From assembly GCF_006345805.1 (NCBI RefSeq), contig NW_021830466.1:1-64000 (forward strand): a stretch of DNA of 64,000 nt. Reading direction: 5' to 3'. Every line of letters starts with the position of its first letter. Within the stretch, counting starts at the first letter, position 1. Positions 27,501 through 40,500 of the stretch are shown in pieces. The DNA is from Octopus sinensis (lineage: Eukaryota). The position numbers were made by a program, and so were the translations under genes. The notes beneath the pieces were generated by a model that was not told the origin of the DNA, searched no databases, and was given only the letters and a program-made list of their open reading frames with translations.

Positions 27501-28738
27501 GTTTGGTCGAGAAACCCCGTTTTCTTGTACCTGTATCATTCTGTCCTTCATGTTCGCTCATTTATATTCCTGCAGCTTTTTGTTGCACCAAATTGAACAG
27601 TATTATCGACAAAGAATCGAAATTGTGATGATTTCTGGTCGATAACTGATGAGGAACAAGCATGTTCACGTCCTTTGTGAGTATTTTTTTAGTGTTTTCT
27701 TTCGACGCCCTTCATTGCTACATTTTACTATTAATAATAAAATGTAAACAAGGCGGCGAGCTGGCAGAATCGTTAGCACGCCGGGCGAAATGCTTAGCAG
27801 TATTTCGTCTGTCACTACGTTCTGAGTTCAAATTCCGCCGAGGTCGACTTTTCGGGGTCGATTAAATAAGTTCCAGTTACGCACTGGGTCGATGTAATCG
27901 ACTTAATCCGTTTGTCTGTCCTTGCTTGTCCTCTTGTGGGCAGTAAAGAAATAGGTATTTTGTCTGTCGTCACGTTCTGAGTTTAAATTCCGCCGGGGTC
28001 AACTTTGCCTTTCGAGGTCGATAAATTAAGTACCTGTTGCGTACTGGGGTCGATCAAATCGACTGGCCCCCACCCCAGAAATTTCGGGCCGTGTGCCTAG
28101 AGTAGAAAAGAATAATAAAATGTAAATGAATAACGTGTTTAGACTTGCATCCCATCTCCAAGCTAACCACTTTTACATGGCCTTCTGTCGACGAATGCAC
28201 GTGAAGGCTTGGTCAAAAATCTTTTTTTAGACGATTAGCAATTGCCTACCAATGTTTACAATACCAATGTTTATGCAAGGGAAAGGCTGCCGTCTTGGAC
28301 CAATACAGCCTGGCACGAGTATCGTTGCAAAAGCATTGCTGTGAGCACTCAATGAGTCAGAAACAGTGCATGGCATCTCTTCCGGTTGTTCTAATAGTCC
28401 TACTAATCTACCGCCTTAGATTTGTACTTTTTTAAAAATCGATCTCGAAATAATGAAAGGCCAAGTTGATAACGGCATATTTGAATGCCGAACACAAAAA
28501 CTCGAAACGAGGGGAAAAAAAAATTCGCGACATTCTATTCAACACTCGAAACTCGGTTGCCTTGTCTAGGGAAATTTAAAAACAATTTAAAAACAAAATT
28601 CGAAAGTTCTAAGAAATTTGTATCTTAACCACATGATTCCAGGTTCAGTTCTACTGCATGGAACCTTGTCTTCTGTTACAGCCCCAGATCAACCAAAGCT
28701 TTATATCAATTTAGTAGATGGAAACTGAAAGAAGCCCG

Positions 28739-28781
<43 letters not shown>

Positions 28782-29511
28782 AACCACATGGCAATTTTTT
28801 TCTCCGTCTTCCTTTTCTCTTGGACCTTCCTCCGTCTCTTGTTTCTTATGAAGAGCTTTGCTCGAAACATAAAACTACCTTTCTTTCCTTCCCTGAGCGT
28901 CTGCTAATACTTTACATGTACCACGTCCTAGCGTTGTTGATTTTTCTTGTGTTTGCTCCTTGCTTTTTTGATTGACCAGAAATGGCCTGAACTCTTTGTA
29001 TGAACACCCTCCCTGTACATAACTCCATGTCCCCCTACATGGCCTTGCTTTTGCTTTTTGAGCCAAAAAAAAAAAAAAATAAAATTAAATTAAAATTATA
29101 TATATGTGTGTGTGTGTGTTGTTTTAAACGACTGCACCTCTCCGCCTCACACACAAACCAGTACCAGCTTCATTTTCCTCTCCCCTCTCTCTTTCTGTTC
29201 ATATCTATGCACAGCATTGTCTCTTCGTTTTCTCCTCTATCTCTTTCATCCTCTCTAGATCTCTCTATTAAATTATTTTCTCTTTCTCTCTTAGTGTAAT
29301 ATTTGCTCTTTTGTTTTAGTCATTTTACTGCGGCCATGCTGGAGCACCACCTTTAGTCGAACAAATCGACCCCAGGACTTATTCTTTGTAAGCCTTGTAC
29401 TTATTCTACCGTCTCTTTTACCGACTCACTAAGTTACGGGAACGTAAACACACCAACATCAGTTGTCAAGCGATGGAGGTGGCGGAAACACATACATACA
29501 TTCATACATAC

Positions 29512-29568
<57 letters not shown>

Positions 29569-31013
29569 CACACGACGGGTTTCTTTCAGTTTCCGTCTAC
29601 CAAATCCATTGACAAGGCTTTGGTCGGCCCGAGGTTAAAGTAGAAGACTCTTGCCCAAGGTGCTACGCAGTGGAATTGAACCCGGAACCATGTGGTTGAG
29701 AAACCAGCTTCTTACCACACAGCCACGCCTGGTTTGTAAATTCTTTCCTTCTCTCTCTCCCCTTCCATGTAAATCCATTTCCATTGCTTTCACCCCACTC
29801 CTCCAGGAGTAGCTGTGTGGTAAGTAGCTTGCTTACCAACCACATGGTTCCTTGTTCAGTCCCACTGCGTGGCACCTTGGACAAGTGTCTTCTACTATAG
29901 CCTCGGGCCAACCAAAGACTTGTGAGTAAATTTGGTAGACGGAAGCTGAAAGAAGCCCGTTGTATATATATATATATATAATATATATATATATATAATA
30001 TATATATATATAAATAGGAAAAAGCAACAAGAATGGATTAAAATCTCGGTACGATCGTTTCGTACGAGGACATCTTTAATAAGCTACAAAAAATGCAGTG
30101 AATACAGATGGCTCGTACTCGTCACCGAAAAAAATATCAGAGAATTCCCAAACATCAAAAGGGGTAGATATAAAAGAGGTTGTAGGATTAACTGCATTGA
30201 AGAAAGTTCGATTCATGGAGATCTGATGAAAGGTTTTAAACCTATAGAATTTATGCATGTCTACATATAGCTCATATTGGATATTTGATCAAGTTGTATG
30301 AAGAAATTTTCGACTCCCTGATATTTTCGCATGATTGTACCTTGAATCCCTCCACAAAACTGGATTACGAACTATAAGGACATACACAAATTTTGTAAGT
30401 TCAAGACTTTTTCATCAGATCTCCAAAAAAATCGAACTTATCTGCGATTCTTGTTAATTTCAATAACAATCTGTTCTTCTACACGACATGACAGTCACTA
30501 TGTTTTTACTCAGACTTTCCTCTACATGATGTGGCAGTCACTTTGCCTCTTACTCGGATTTTCAGAAATTTTGCATGACTGTATCCGAAAATTTCTTCAT
30601 ACAACTTGATCAAATATCCAATATGAGCTATATGTAGACATGCATAAATTCTATAGGTTTAAAACCTTTCATCAGATCTCCATGAATCGAACTTTCTTCA
30701 ATGCAGTTAATCCTACAACCTCTTTTATATCTACCCCTTTTGATGTTTGGGAATTCTCTGATATTTTTTCGGCTGACGAGTACGAGCCATCTGTATTCAC
30801 TGCATTTTTTGTAGCTTATTAAAGATGTCCTCGTACGAAACGATCGTACCGAGATTTTAATCCATTCTTGTTGCTTTTTTCCTATTTATAATCACCCCAC
30901 TTGTCGTATGGCTAACACCATATAGATATCCGGTGCATCCTAGTTAAGGACCATATTCATGTGAATTCTTTAGAATTCACTAGAATCTCAATTACTTAAC
31001 CTATATATATATA

Positions 31014-31063
<50 letters not shown>

Positions 31064-31671
31064 TCCCCCACCATCGATTGACAACAGATTTTGGTGTGTT
31101 TACGTCCCTGTAACTTAGCGGTTCGGCTAAAGAGGTCAATAGAATGAGTAGTGGGCTTACAAAGAATAAGTCCTGTGGTCGATTTGCTCGACTAAAGGTG
31201 GTGCTCCAGCATGGCCGCAGTCAAATGACTGAAGCAAATAAAAGAATCTTTCAATACACAGTCTCTCTCTCTCTCTCTCTCTCAGTTTCTCTCTCTTTAT
31301 ATATATCTATCCATATATTGTTCATTCTCCCTCTCTTCCTCTCTCTCTTTGTATGTGCCTCTACATTGTTCTCTCTGTACACCAACCTTCATATTGCTCC
31401 ATCTCTCTTTACCCTTTCTCTCAATGTGTATCTCTCTGTCCATGTGCCTCTCTTCGTATATATCACTCCCTCTTTTTCTCTTCCTCTCCCTTTCTGTACA
31501 TCTCCCTCTCCCCCTCTAACTATTTCTGCGATTGACCATCTCTCTCATTCTCACCCACTTTCTCCCTTAACGCCTTCCTCTTCTCTCTACCACCCTTTCT
31601 ATGTGTATTTCTATCTCGAAATATAACTTATTTTCTCCTTCCCTCTCTCCCTCCCTCCCTCCCTCCCTCCC

Positions 31672-31750
<79 letters not shown>

Positions 31751-32878
31751 GTCTGTCTGCCTGTCTGCCTGTCTCTCCGCAAACCCACTCGTCAGTCATC
31801 CGTGTCTCTGTTTCACCCTTCTCTCTACAACAACGACGATGACGGCGACGACCACCAAAACCACCGCCACCACTACCACCACTACCATCAACAACAACAA
31901 CAACATCGACATCGACACAATACACCCCCGCCGCCGCCGCCATCGCAGCCGCTACCTTACCACATCACACCCAGAGTGTCTCTGACGTCACAATGACATC
32001 AGAGCAGAACAGCAATTGACATCTAATTCCATTTTCTGAATGGGAAACTGCAAGGTCGATAAGGCGGTGGGTGCGTGGTGGTGGCGGTGGTGGTACTTGG
32101 ATAGTTATGACGATGACGAAGTAGAAGGTGCGCGTGCGCGCGATAACGTACATGTGTGTGTTGGTGGTGGTGGTGGTGGTAGAGGCAGTAGTAGTAGTAG
32201 CGGTGGTGATGATGTTTACAGTTGCTATTGTAGTAATTATTCTATAGTTGTAGACGTTCGTAATGAGTGCGTCTGTCCGTGAAGCGCGGAGGAAGGCGCG
32301 CGCGCGCGTGTGTGAATATGGAGAGATACATGTGTATGTTAGCAGTTGTGGGTGTGTGTGTGTGTTTATGTTTATGCTTGTATTCATAATTACACACATA
32401 TATATATGTATATGTATGTGCATACATACATATATACATACATGAATACACTCGCGCTCGCACATACACACACGTACCACATATCGTTGCATTGGAGATT
32501 CTTGTGTATTGCAAGGAATTATACATACATACACACATACATCATACATACATACAAACATACATACACACATACATCATACATACATACAAACATACAT
32601 ACACACATACATACATACATACACACATACATCATACATACATACAAACATACATACACACATACATACATACATACATACACACATACATCATACATAC
32701 ATACATACATACATCATACATACATACACACATTCATACATACATACACACATACATACATACATACATACATACATACATACATACACACATACATACA
32801 TACATACATACATACATACATGTATACATACATACACGTAAGTATAGATACCTTGAATACATTTTCTGACGTTTGCTT

Positions 32879-32911
<33 letters not shown>

Positions 32912-32912
32912 G

Positions 32913-32960
<48 letters not shown>

Positions 32961-35900
32961 ATGTTCGTTTTTTGTGCACCTGTTTCTATTTGTCTGTAAA
33001 CGTGTTTGAATGCGTATTTTTCTGTTTCTCTCACTACTTGTTTCAGTCATTTGACTGCGGCCATGCTGGAGCACCGCCTTTAGTCGAGCAAATCGACCCC
33101 GGGACTTATTCTTTGTAAGCCCAGTACTTATTCTATCTGTCTCTTTTGCCGAACCGCTAAGTGACGGGGACGTAAACACACCAGCATCGGCTGTCAAGCA
33201 ATGCTAGGGGGACAAACACAGACACACATACATATATATATATATACATATATACGACAGGCTTCTTTCAGTTTCCGTCTACCAAATCCACTCACAAGGC
33301 ATTGGTCGGCCCGGGGCTATAGCAGAAGACACTTGCCCAAGATGCCGCGCAGTGGGACTGAACCCGGAACCATGTGGTTGGTTAGCAAGTTACTTACCAC
33401 GCAGCCACTCCTGCGTATATGTACGTTTGTGTATAAACCTGTTTGGTTGTCTATCTGTATGCCATGTGATGAAATGTAATGCATACATACGTGTATGTAT
33501 GTATGTATGTATGTATGTATGTATGTATGTATGTATGCATGTACGCGTGCATGTATGTGAGGAGATATGTTTGTGTATGTATGTGTGTATATATGTATGT
33601 ATGTATGTATGAATGTGTGTGTGTATGCATGTGTATGTGTGCATATATGTATTTAATTATGTATGTATGAATGCTTGTGTATGCATGTGTGTATATGTGT
33701 GTATGTACGTATGTATATCTGTATGTATCTAATTACGTATATGTGTGTATGTATGTATGTTTGTGTATGTATATACGTAGTATGCATGTATGTATGTGTA
33801 TGCGTGCATGTATGTATGTGTGTGTGTGTGTATGTGTGTATGCGTGTATGTTCCCTTTTATTTTTAATTAGATGAAATCTTTCTATAAGAAAGGAGCTGG
33901 TTAGAAATATATCCTGTAAGCGGAACAGTAGAAATATACGAGACTTTTCTCAAGTTGCATTATTTTTATCTCCTTCTTAGTGATGAAGCTGTGTAAGCTT
34001 CATCACTAAGAAGGAGATAAAAATAATGCAACTTCAGAAAAGTCTCGTATATTTCTACTGTTCCGCTTACAGGATATATTTCTAATGTGTGCCTTGTTAA
34101 CGGGTTGATTTCTTTATCTGAAAACTCTAGCTTTTCCAGCTGGGGTATATAGGCACCAAATCATGAACACCAGTTATTGGTATGAATCTGAATTTATAAT
34201 TTGACGATACAATCGGAAGGGATCGAAACAGTTGTCCGTAGTTATGCTCTTCCTCTTTAATTTTTGAAGTCATACATACATACATGCACACATACATAAT
34301 GCATACATACGTACATACACACATACATACATATATACATACACGCACATGTACATACATACATGCATACATACATACACACATACACACATACATACCT
34401 ACATACCTACATACATACATACATACTTACATAATACACACACATGTACACATACATAATGCATACATACATACGTATATACACACGCACATACATATAT
34501 ACATACACGCACACGTACATACATACATGCATACATACATGGTGATTGCTCCATCTTCACAAGAGGATTTCTGTCTCCTTGCATTTTCTTTTCGTCAATG
34601 GCGTTTCTGACTTTCCTTCCATGACCTCTCAGATGACTGTTCAATCCTGTTACAGATCTGCATGTTTTAAAGAATAGGTGACAGCCGAAAGTTCTAACTT
34701 TCTGTGCGCTTCCAATGGTTTTGGTCTGCCCATGTCACCCTCTTCTATCGCCATAGGACTATCAGAAGGTGGGATGACAAACGAGGTAGCTATAAAGAGA
34801 CAGCTGTACGTCACAGGATCATCGTGATCAACGCTTGTACAATCTAGTGAGAGGCCAGATTGAGACGACCAATAATCACATGAAATCACATGTTTTACAT
34901 CAGATTGTCGTTCTCCTAGACAGTTACTATGACAACATCTAGGGGTCCACGCACTCCCACTAGTTTTACTGAGTACCCTGGCACCAATCAGGGGTATTTC
35001 TGCATCCCCGCGCTCAGATGGAATGTCATCGCATATAGTAGTTAATCATGAGCTGGTAACAATGAATAGTACCAGTAATTTCAGAGGGCCAGACTTGTCA
35101 CATTCTATGTTATGCTGCATCATCCCGAGAACTATGTTAAGAGTACACGTGTCTGAGGAGTGCTCAACCACTAGCACGTTAATTTCATGAGAAGGCTGAT
35201 CCGTTGATCGGATCAGCTAACCCTCGTCGCTCTAAGCGACAGAGTACCAGTTGCGATGTCTTCTTCTTCTTCTTCTTCTTCTTCTTCTTCCGATCAGGAC
35301 TCACGCCATTAGCCACAAAGAATAATCTCTAATTCGAGCCTACTCTAAGCTACTAAGAATGCATGTGGCAACTTGAAGATCCACCATCCACACGCGATAG
35401 ACTGGCGGTTGCACGGGGTTCAAAAGTTACGTTGTTATCCTCATTCCGTAAACGGGTGGAGAGCTGAACCATCCTGGGGTACAGAGAATTCGCAACCTAG
35501 ACTAGGGTCTGAAAGTTTACAACACCATAGTGGGTTACACCATGGTTCTTCTGCTTTGTGACAGAAGTAGGAAGAAAGAGTGAGAGAAAGTTGTGGTGAA
35601 AGAGTACAGCAGGGTTCACCACCCCTCCCCCGCCAGAGCCTCGTGGAGCTTAAGTGTTTTTGCTCAATAAACACTCACAATGTCCGGTCCGGGAATCGAA
35701 ACCGCGTTATTACGACCGCGAGTCCGCTGCCCTAACTACTGGGCCATTGCGCCTCCACTGATGTTGTTGCTTAGTCACCAGGTCTTTACAATAAGCCATT
35801 CGAGCCCAGACTATTTGCTCTTTTCCCAAATGCATGAAATCCCATACAGTATTATACATAGTGTCTTTTGCTACGAGAGTAAGATGTAATATGAGGGAGG

Positions 35901-36562
35901 TTTAACTACTATTTCGAATGACACTGTAGACACACCATCGTCAACAGTGTATGCTCACACTATCTATCTATCTATCTATAATATATATATATATATATAT
36001 TTATATATTGTTTTATCAGTTTTAGCCCATAGCTGTCGCCATGCCGTTATGCTACAATGATATATATATACACATAAATGCATAAGTATACATACATACA
36101 TGTATATATAAGTATATAAATGTGTGCGTGTATGCGTGTATGTGAGTGTGTGTGTATATGGTGTGTGGAGGTGTGTATGTGCGTGTGGGCGGGAGTGTTG
36201 TTTCCGTGTTACTACCAAGAGGTGGGCGGTGGCAAGACAGAACTAAATGCCGAAGCAGAATGCAAATAATAAATATACTGATAATAGGAATGTATTGAGC
36301 TCACACAAAGAAGCCAGTTATTGTCGGCAAGCCCATAGCTTCAGGCTTCTGGTGGTGGTGTAAGCAGGAAACAAAAATAATTTTATAAAGAGAAGAAATG
36401 ATCAATTTATGGTTTAAACCAGAAATTGGAATATTGAATTCTTTGAGATTTATTGGTTTAAGTACAGCATTGTTCATGTTGATGGAAGTGGCATCAAGTT
36501 GTGATGTTGGAAGCACATGCTCTCACATAAAATTGTCTGAGTGTGAGTGAGTGTGTATGTGA

Positions 36563-36611
<49 letters not shown>

Positions 36612-36776
36612 GTGTGTGTGTATCGATATACTCTTTTACTCTTTTACTTGTTTCAGGACTAATTCTTTGTAAGCCTAGTACTTATTCTATCGGTCTCTTT
36701 TTGCCGAATTGCTGAGTTACGGGGACGTAAACACACCAGCATCGGTTGTCAGGCGATGTTGGGCGTACAAACACAG

Positions 36777-36814
<38 letters not shown>

Positions 36815-37276
36815 GTATATATATACATATATACGACGGGCTTCTTTCAGTTTCCGTCTACCAAATCCACTCACAAGTCTTTGGTCGGTCTGAGGCAATA
36901 GTAGAAGGCACTTGCTCAAGGTTCCACGCAGTGGGACTGAACCCGGTAATAGTAATAATAATGAGAGGGATTCTTTGGGGTTTGAATAATTCACCTCTGG
37001 AAACATGGGTGGTTCGTTCAACATCCTTAAACAACCCTTATTCAGGGACCTTTTGAGCGGGATGAGTTACTCGACCAGAAGAAAATTCTAACTGGGCCCC
37101 ACCTGCAAGGTCATGTGCTGTTTATCTTGATATGAGATCACCATGTCGCGCACATATGGTTGTGATGCATTTGCCTAGTGTACCCTATCAGACAGACGGG
37201 TAGTCATGATGGGTATACTGGGCTTCGTATATTTTACCCCAGTGTCACTTTGATGGCATGTACTGCTCTCTCACTC

Positions 37277-37319
<43 letters not shown>

Positions 37320-37467
37320 TAATAATAATAATGAATAATAATAATCCTTTCTACCAAAGGCACAAGACCTGAAATTTGGAGGAGAGGACTAGTCGATACA
37401 TCGACCCCAGTGTTTCACACTGGTACTTAATTTGTCGACCGCGAAAAGATGAAGCTAAGGTTATACA

Positions 37468-37562
<95 letters not shown>

Positions 37563-40500
37563 AATCCAACGGGAAAACAAAAAACAACAATGGAACAATT
37601 ACAGTATTATTTTAATAGGCGCTCGTGGAAATATGGAAGCAGGAAGGTATGACGTTTCGAGCGGAGCTCTTCGTCGGAAACATAAAGAAGGAAGAGAGAG
37701 GAAAGAAAGATCCAAAGCGGGCAACAGGAGATGGAGAAAAAAACGACTGGTGTTTACGAGTTACACATGGTGAAAGGCGGAAGTTTACGATAACAAGAGC
37801 AAAGTAGGTTTTTAAAGCCAAAAGAGTGGAGACAGGGTTGGTAACGCAACAGATGTGTGTGTATGTGTGAGTGTGTGCGTGTGCGTGTGTGTATGTGTGA
37901 GTGTGTGCGTGTGCGTGTGTGTATGTGTGAGTGTGTGCGTGTGCGTGTGTGTATGTGTATGTGAGGCGAGATAAAAAAACAAAAAATATATGTATGTGTT
38001 AGTGTGTGCGTCTGTGTGTAGGCGTGTGAGGTAGGGCGAGACAGTAGTAGGCATAGCAGACAGTGGTCAGTAGTAAGAAAAAGAAGGAAGGAGGAAGGGA
38101 GGGAGGGGAAGGGGTGGGGGCGTATGTAGCGTGCCAGCGTGTGTTGAGTAGTAGTGTGTGTGTGTGTCCAGTGTCGTGGTAGTATTAATGGCGAGTAGAT
38201 TGAATGTGTGTAAGAGTAATGTATATATTTAAGCAATGTGTGTGTGTGAGTGGGTGTGTATATGTGTGCGCGTGTGTGTAACAAAAAAGGGGGGGGTTAA
38301 GGAAAAAGGACTCCAGCTGAGGGGAAGATGGAAGAGTGGTCCCGCGGAGACGGGCGTGGGAAAACCCAACGACAAGCGACGGTCCCAGGAACGAGCGGGA
38401 GGTCTCGTCGGGTCCAAGAGCGAGGTGCATGCAGCGCGTATGCGTGCGCGAACCGGCGCAAGCGCGTGTGTGCGCGCGCGCCTGCGAGTATGCGCGTACG
38501 TATGTATGTGTGTGGATGTGTGAGTGTGTCTGTGTGTATGTCTGGGTGTCAGTGTGTCCGATGAATGTATGTGAGTATGTGTGTATATATGTGTGTGCAT
38601 AGATGTATGTCCGTGTGTGTGTGTGTGTGTATGTGTATGAGTGTGTATGTATGTACGTGTGGGTGTGTGGAAGTGTGTGTATGTGCATGTGTGTGCGCGT
38701 ACATACAGGTGTGTGAGTGAGTGTGTGTGTGTGTGTATGTATGTGTGAGTGTGTATGTATATGTGTGTAGGATGCATGTATGTGTATGGGTGTATGTATG
38801 TGTGTATGTATGTATGTGTACGTGCGTGTGTGTGTGTGTATGCGTGTAGGTGTGCGCGTGTGCATGCATGCATGCATGTGCGTATGTGTGTGTGTGTGCA
38901 TGTGTGTGGGTATATGTATGTGCGTATATGTGTGTGTATGTGCGTACATGTGTGTGTGTGTATGCATGTGTGTGTATGTAGGTGTGTAGGCGTGTTGTGT
39001 ATAGGTGTATGTATGTAAGTATGTATGGTGTGTCCGTGTATGTGTGTGTATGTATGCGTGTGTATGTAGGTGTGTGGGCGTGTGTATATAGGTGTATGTA
39101 TGTATCTGGGTGTGTCCGTGCATGTTTGTGGTTGTATGTATGCATGTGTATGTAGGTGTGTGTGTACGTGTGTAATGTATGTGTGTATGCGTGTGTGTGC
39201 GTGTGTATGCGTGCGTGCGTGTGTGTATGTAGGTGCGTATGTATGTGTGTGGGAGTGTAGGTGTGTGTGTGCGCGTGCGTGTTTATGTTGGTGTGTGCGT
39301 ATGTGAGTGTGAGTGTATGGGTGTTTGTCATGCATGTGTGTGCGCGTGCAGGCGAGTGTGTGTGTAAGTATGTGTGTGTGTATGTTTGTGTGAGTGTGTA
39401 TGTGTGTATGTCTGTGTGTATGTATGTGCGTATAGGAGTATGTAGGTATGTGTGTGTGCGTATGTGTGTGTATGTGTATGTGTGTGTGTTTATGTATGTG
39501 TGTATGTATGTGTGTAGGCGTGTGTGTGTAGATGTATGTATGTATGGGTGTGTGTCTGTGTGTGTTTGTGTGTGTGTGTAGGTAGGTGTGTGTGTCTGAG
39601 TGAGGGTATGGCTGTGTAGGTGTGTGTGTGTATGAATGTAAGTGTGTGTGTGTACAAGTGTAATATATGTATGTAGGTGTGTGTGTGTGTGTATGTGTAC
39701 GTGTGCGTGTGTATGAGTGTGTGTGTATGCGTGTGAGTGTGAGTGTATGGGTGTATGTCTGTGTGTGTGTATGTCTGAAGTAGGTATGTGTGTGTGTATG
39801 TATGTACGTGTGTGTGTGTGCGGGTATGTGTGTGTGTGTGTGTATGTGTGTGTGTGAGTAGGTGTGCGTGTATGTATGTGTGTAGGGATGCATGCGAGTG
39901 TGTGGGTATGTATGCATACATACGCACGCGCACATCCGAAGCAAGCCCACACACACGAAGCGCGCTCATGCACACAACGCACAAGCAACACAACGCAAGC
40001 CCATGGGGCCGACCAAGCCCCCAGCGCGCGCCAAGGCGCGCGAGCGCAAAGGCCCTCGAACGCCCCGCTACGCGGGAACCGAGGATCCATCAGCCAAAAC
40101 CGGAAAGCAGAAAAGAGGGGGGGGGGGTGCTGCCTGAATGCAAAAAGGTGTATGTGTGTGTGCATTCAGTGTAAGGGTGTGCATGTGTGGGTATGTATGT
40201 ATGTGTGTGCCTACATGTATGTGTGCATGTGTGTGTGTGTGAAGTATGTACGTGCGGTGTGTGTGTGTGAGTGTGTGTGTATGTATGTGCGTATGTATGT
40301 GTGTATGTATGTGTGTATGTATGTCTGTGTGTGTGTGTGTATGTATGTGTGTGTGTATGTGCATGTTGGTTTGTATGTTAGTGTGTGCATGTATGTCTAT
40401 AAGTGTGTGTGATTAAATGTGTGAATGTATGTACGTAGATGGGTCTACGTATGTGTGTGTGTGAACAGGCGTGTGGGAGGTAGGTAGGTGTGTGTGTGTG

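Noticed and set aside
27646-27675. CTGATGA-G-GAACA(AGCA)TGTTC-ACGTC
   Set aside because: The GAA segment is missing and there is no stem I; not supportable as a ribozyme.
30223-30250. CTGATGAAAGGTTTTAAACCT in the long inverted repeat
   Set aside because: The hairpin is followed by ATAG, not GAAA; not a hammerhead.
30076-30822. Identical 60-aa ORFs on opposite strands
   Set aside because: A by-product of the inverted arms; no known domain.
34399-34889. Two short minus-strand ORFs of normal composition in intron 3
   Set aside because: No recognisable domain, no phase-compatible splice pair for the Galpha gene, and stops between them.
38185-40412. Long His/Thr/Tyr or Val/Cys/Met ORFs (up to 575 aa)
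   Set aside because: Translations of the (CA/CATA)n tract, open only because the repeat lacks stops; they occur in several frames and on both strands.
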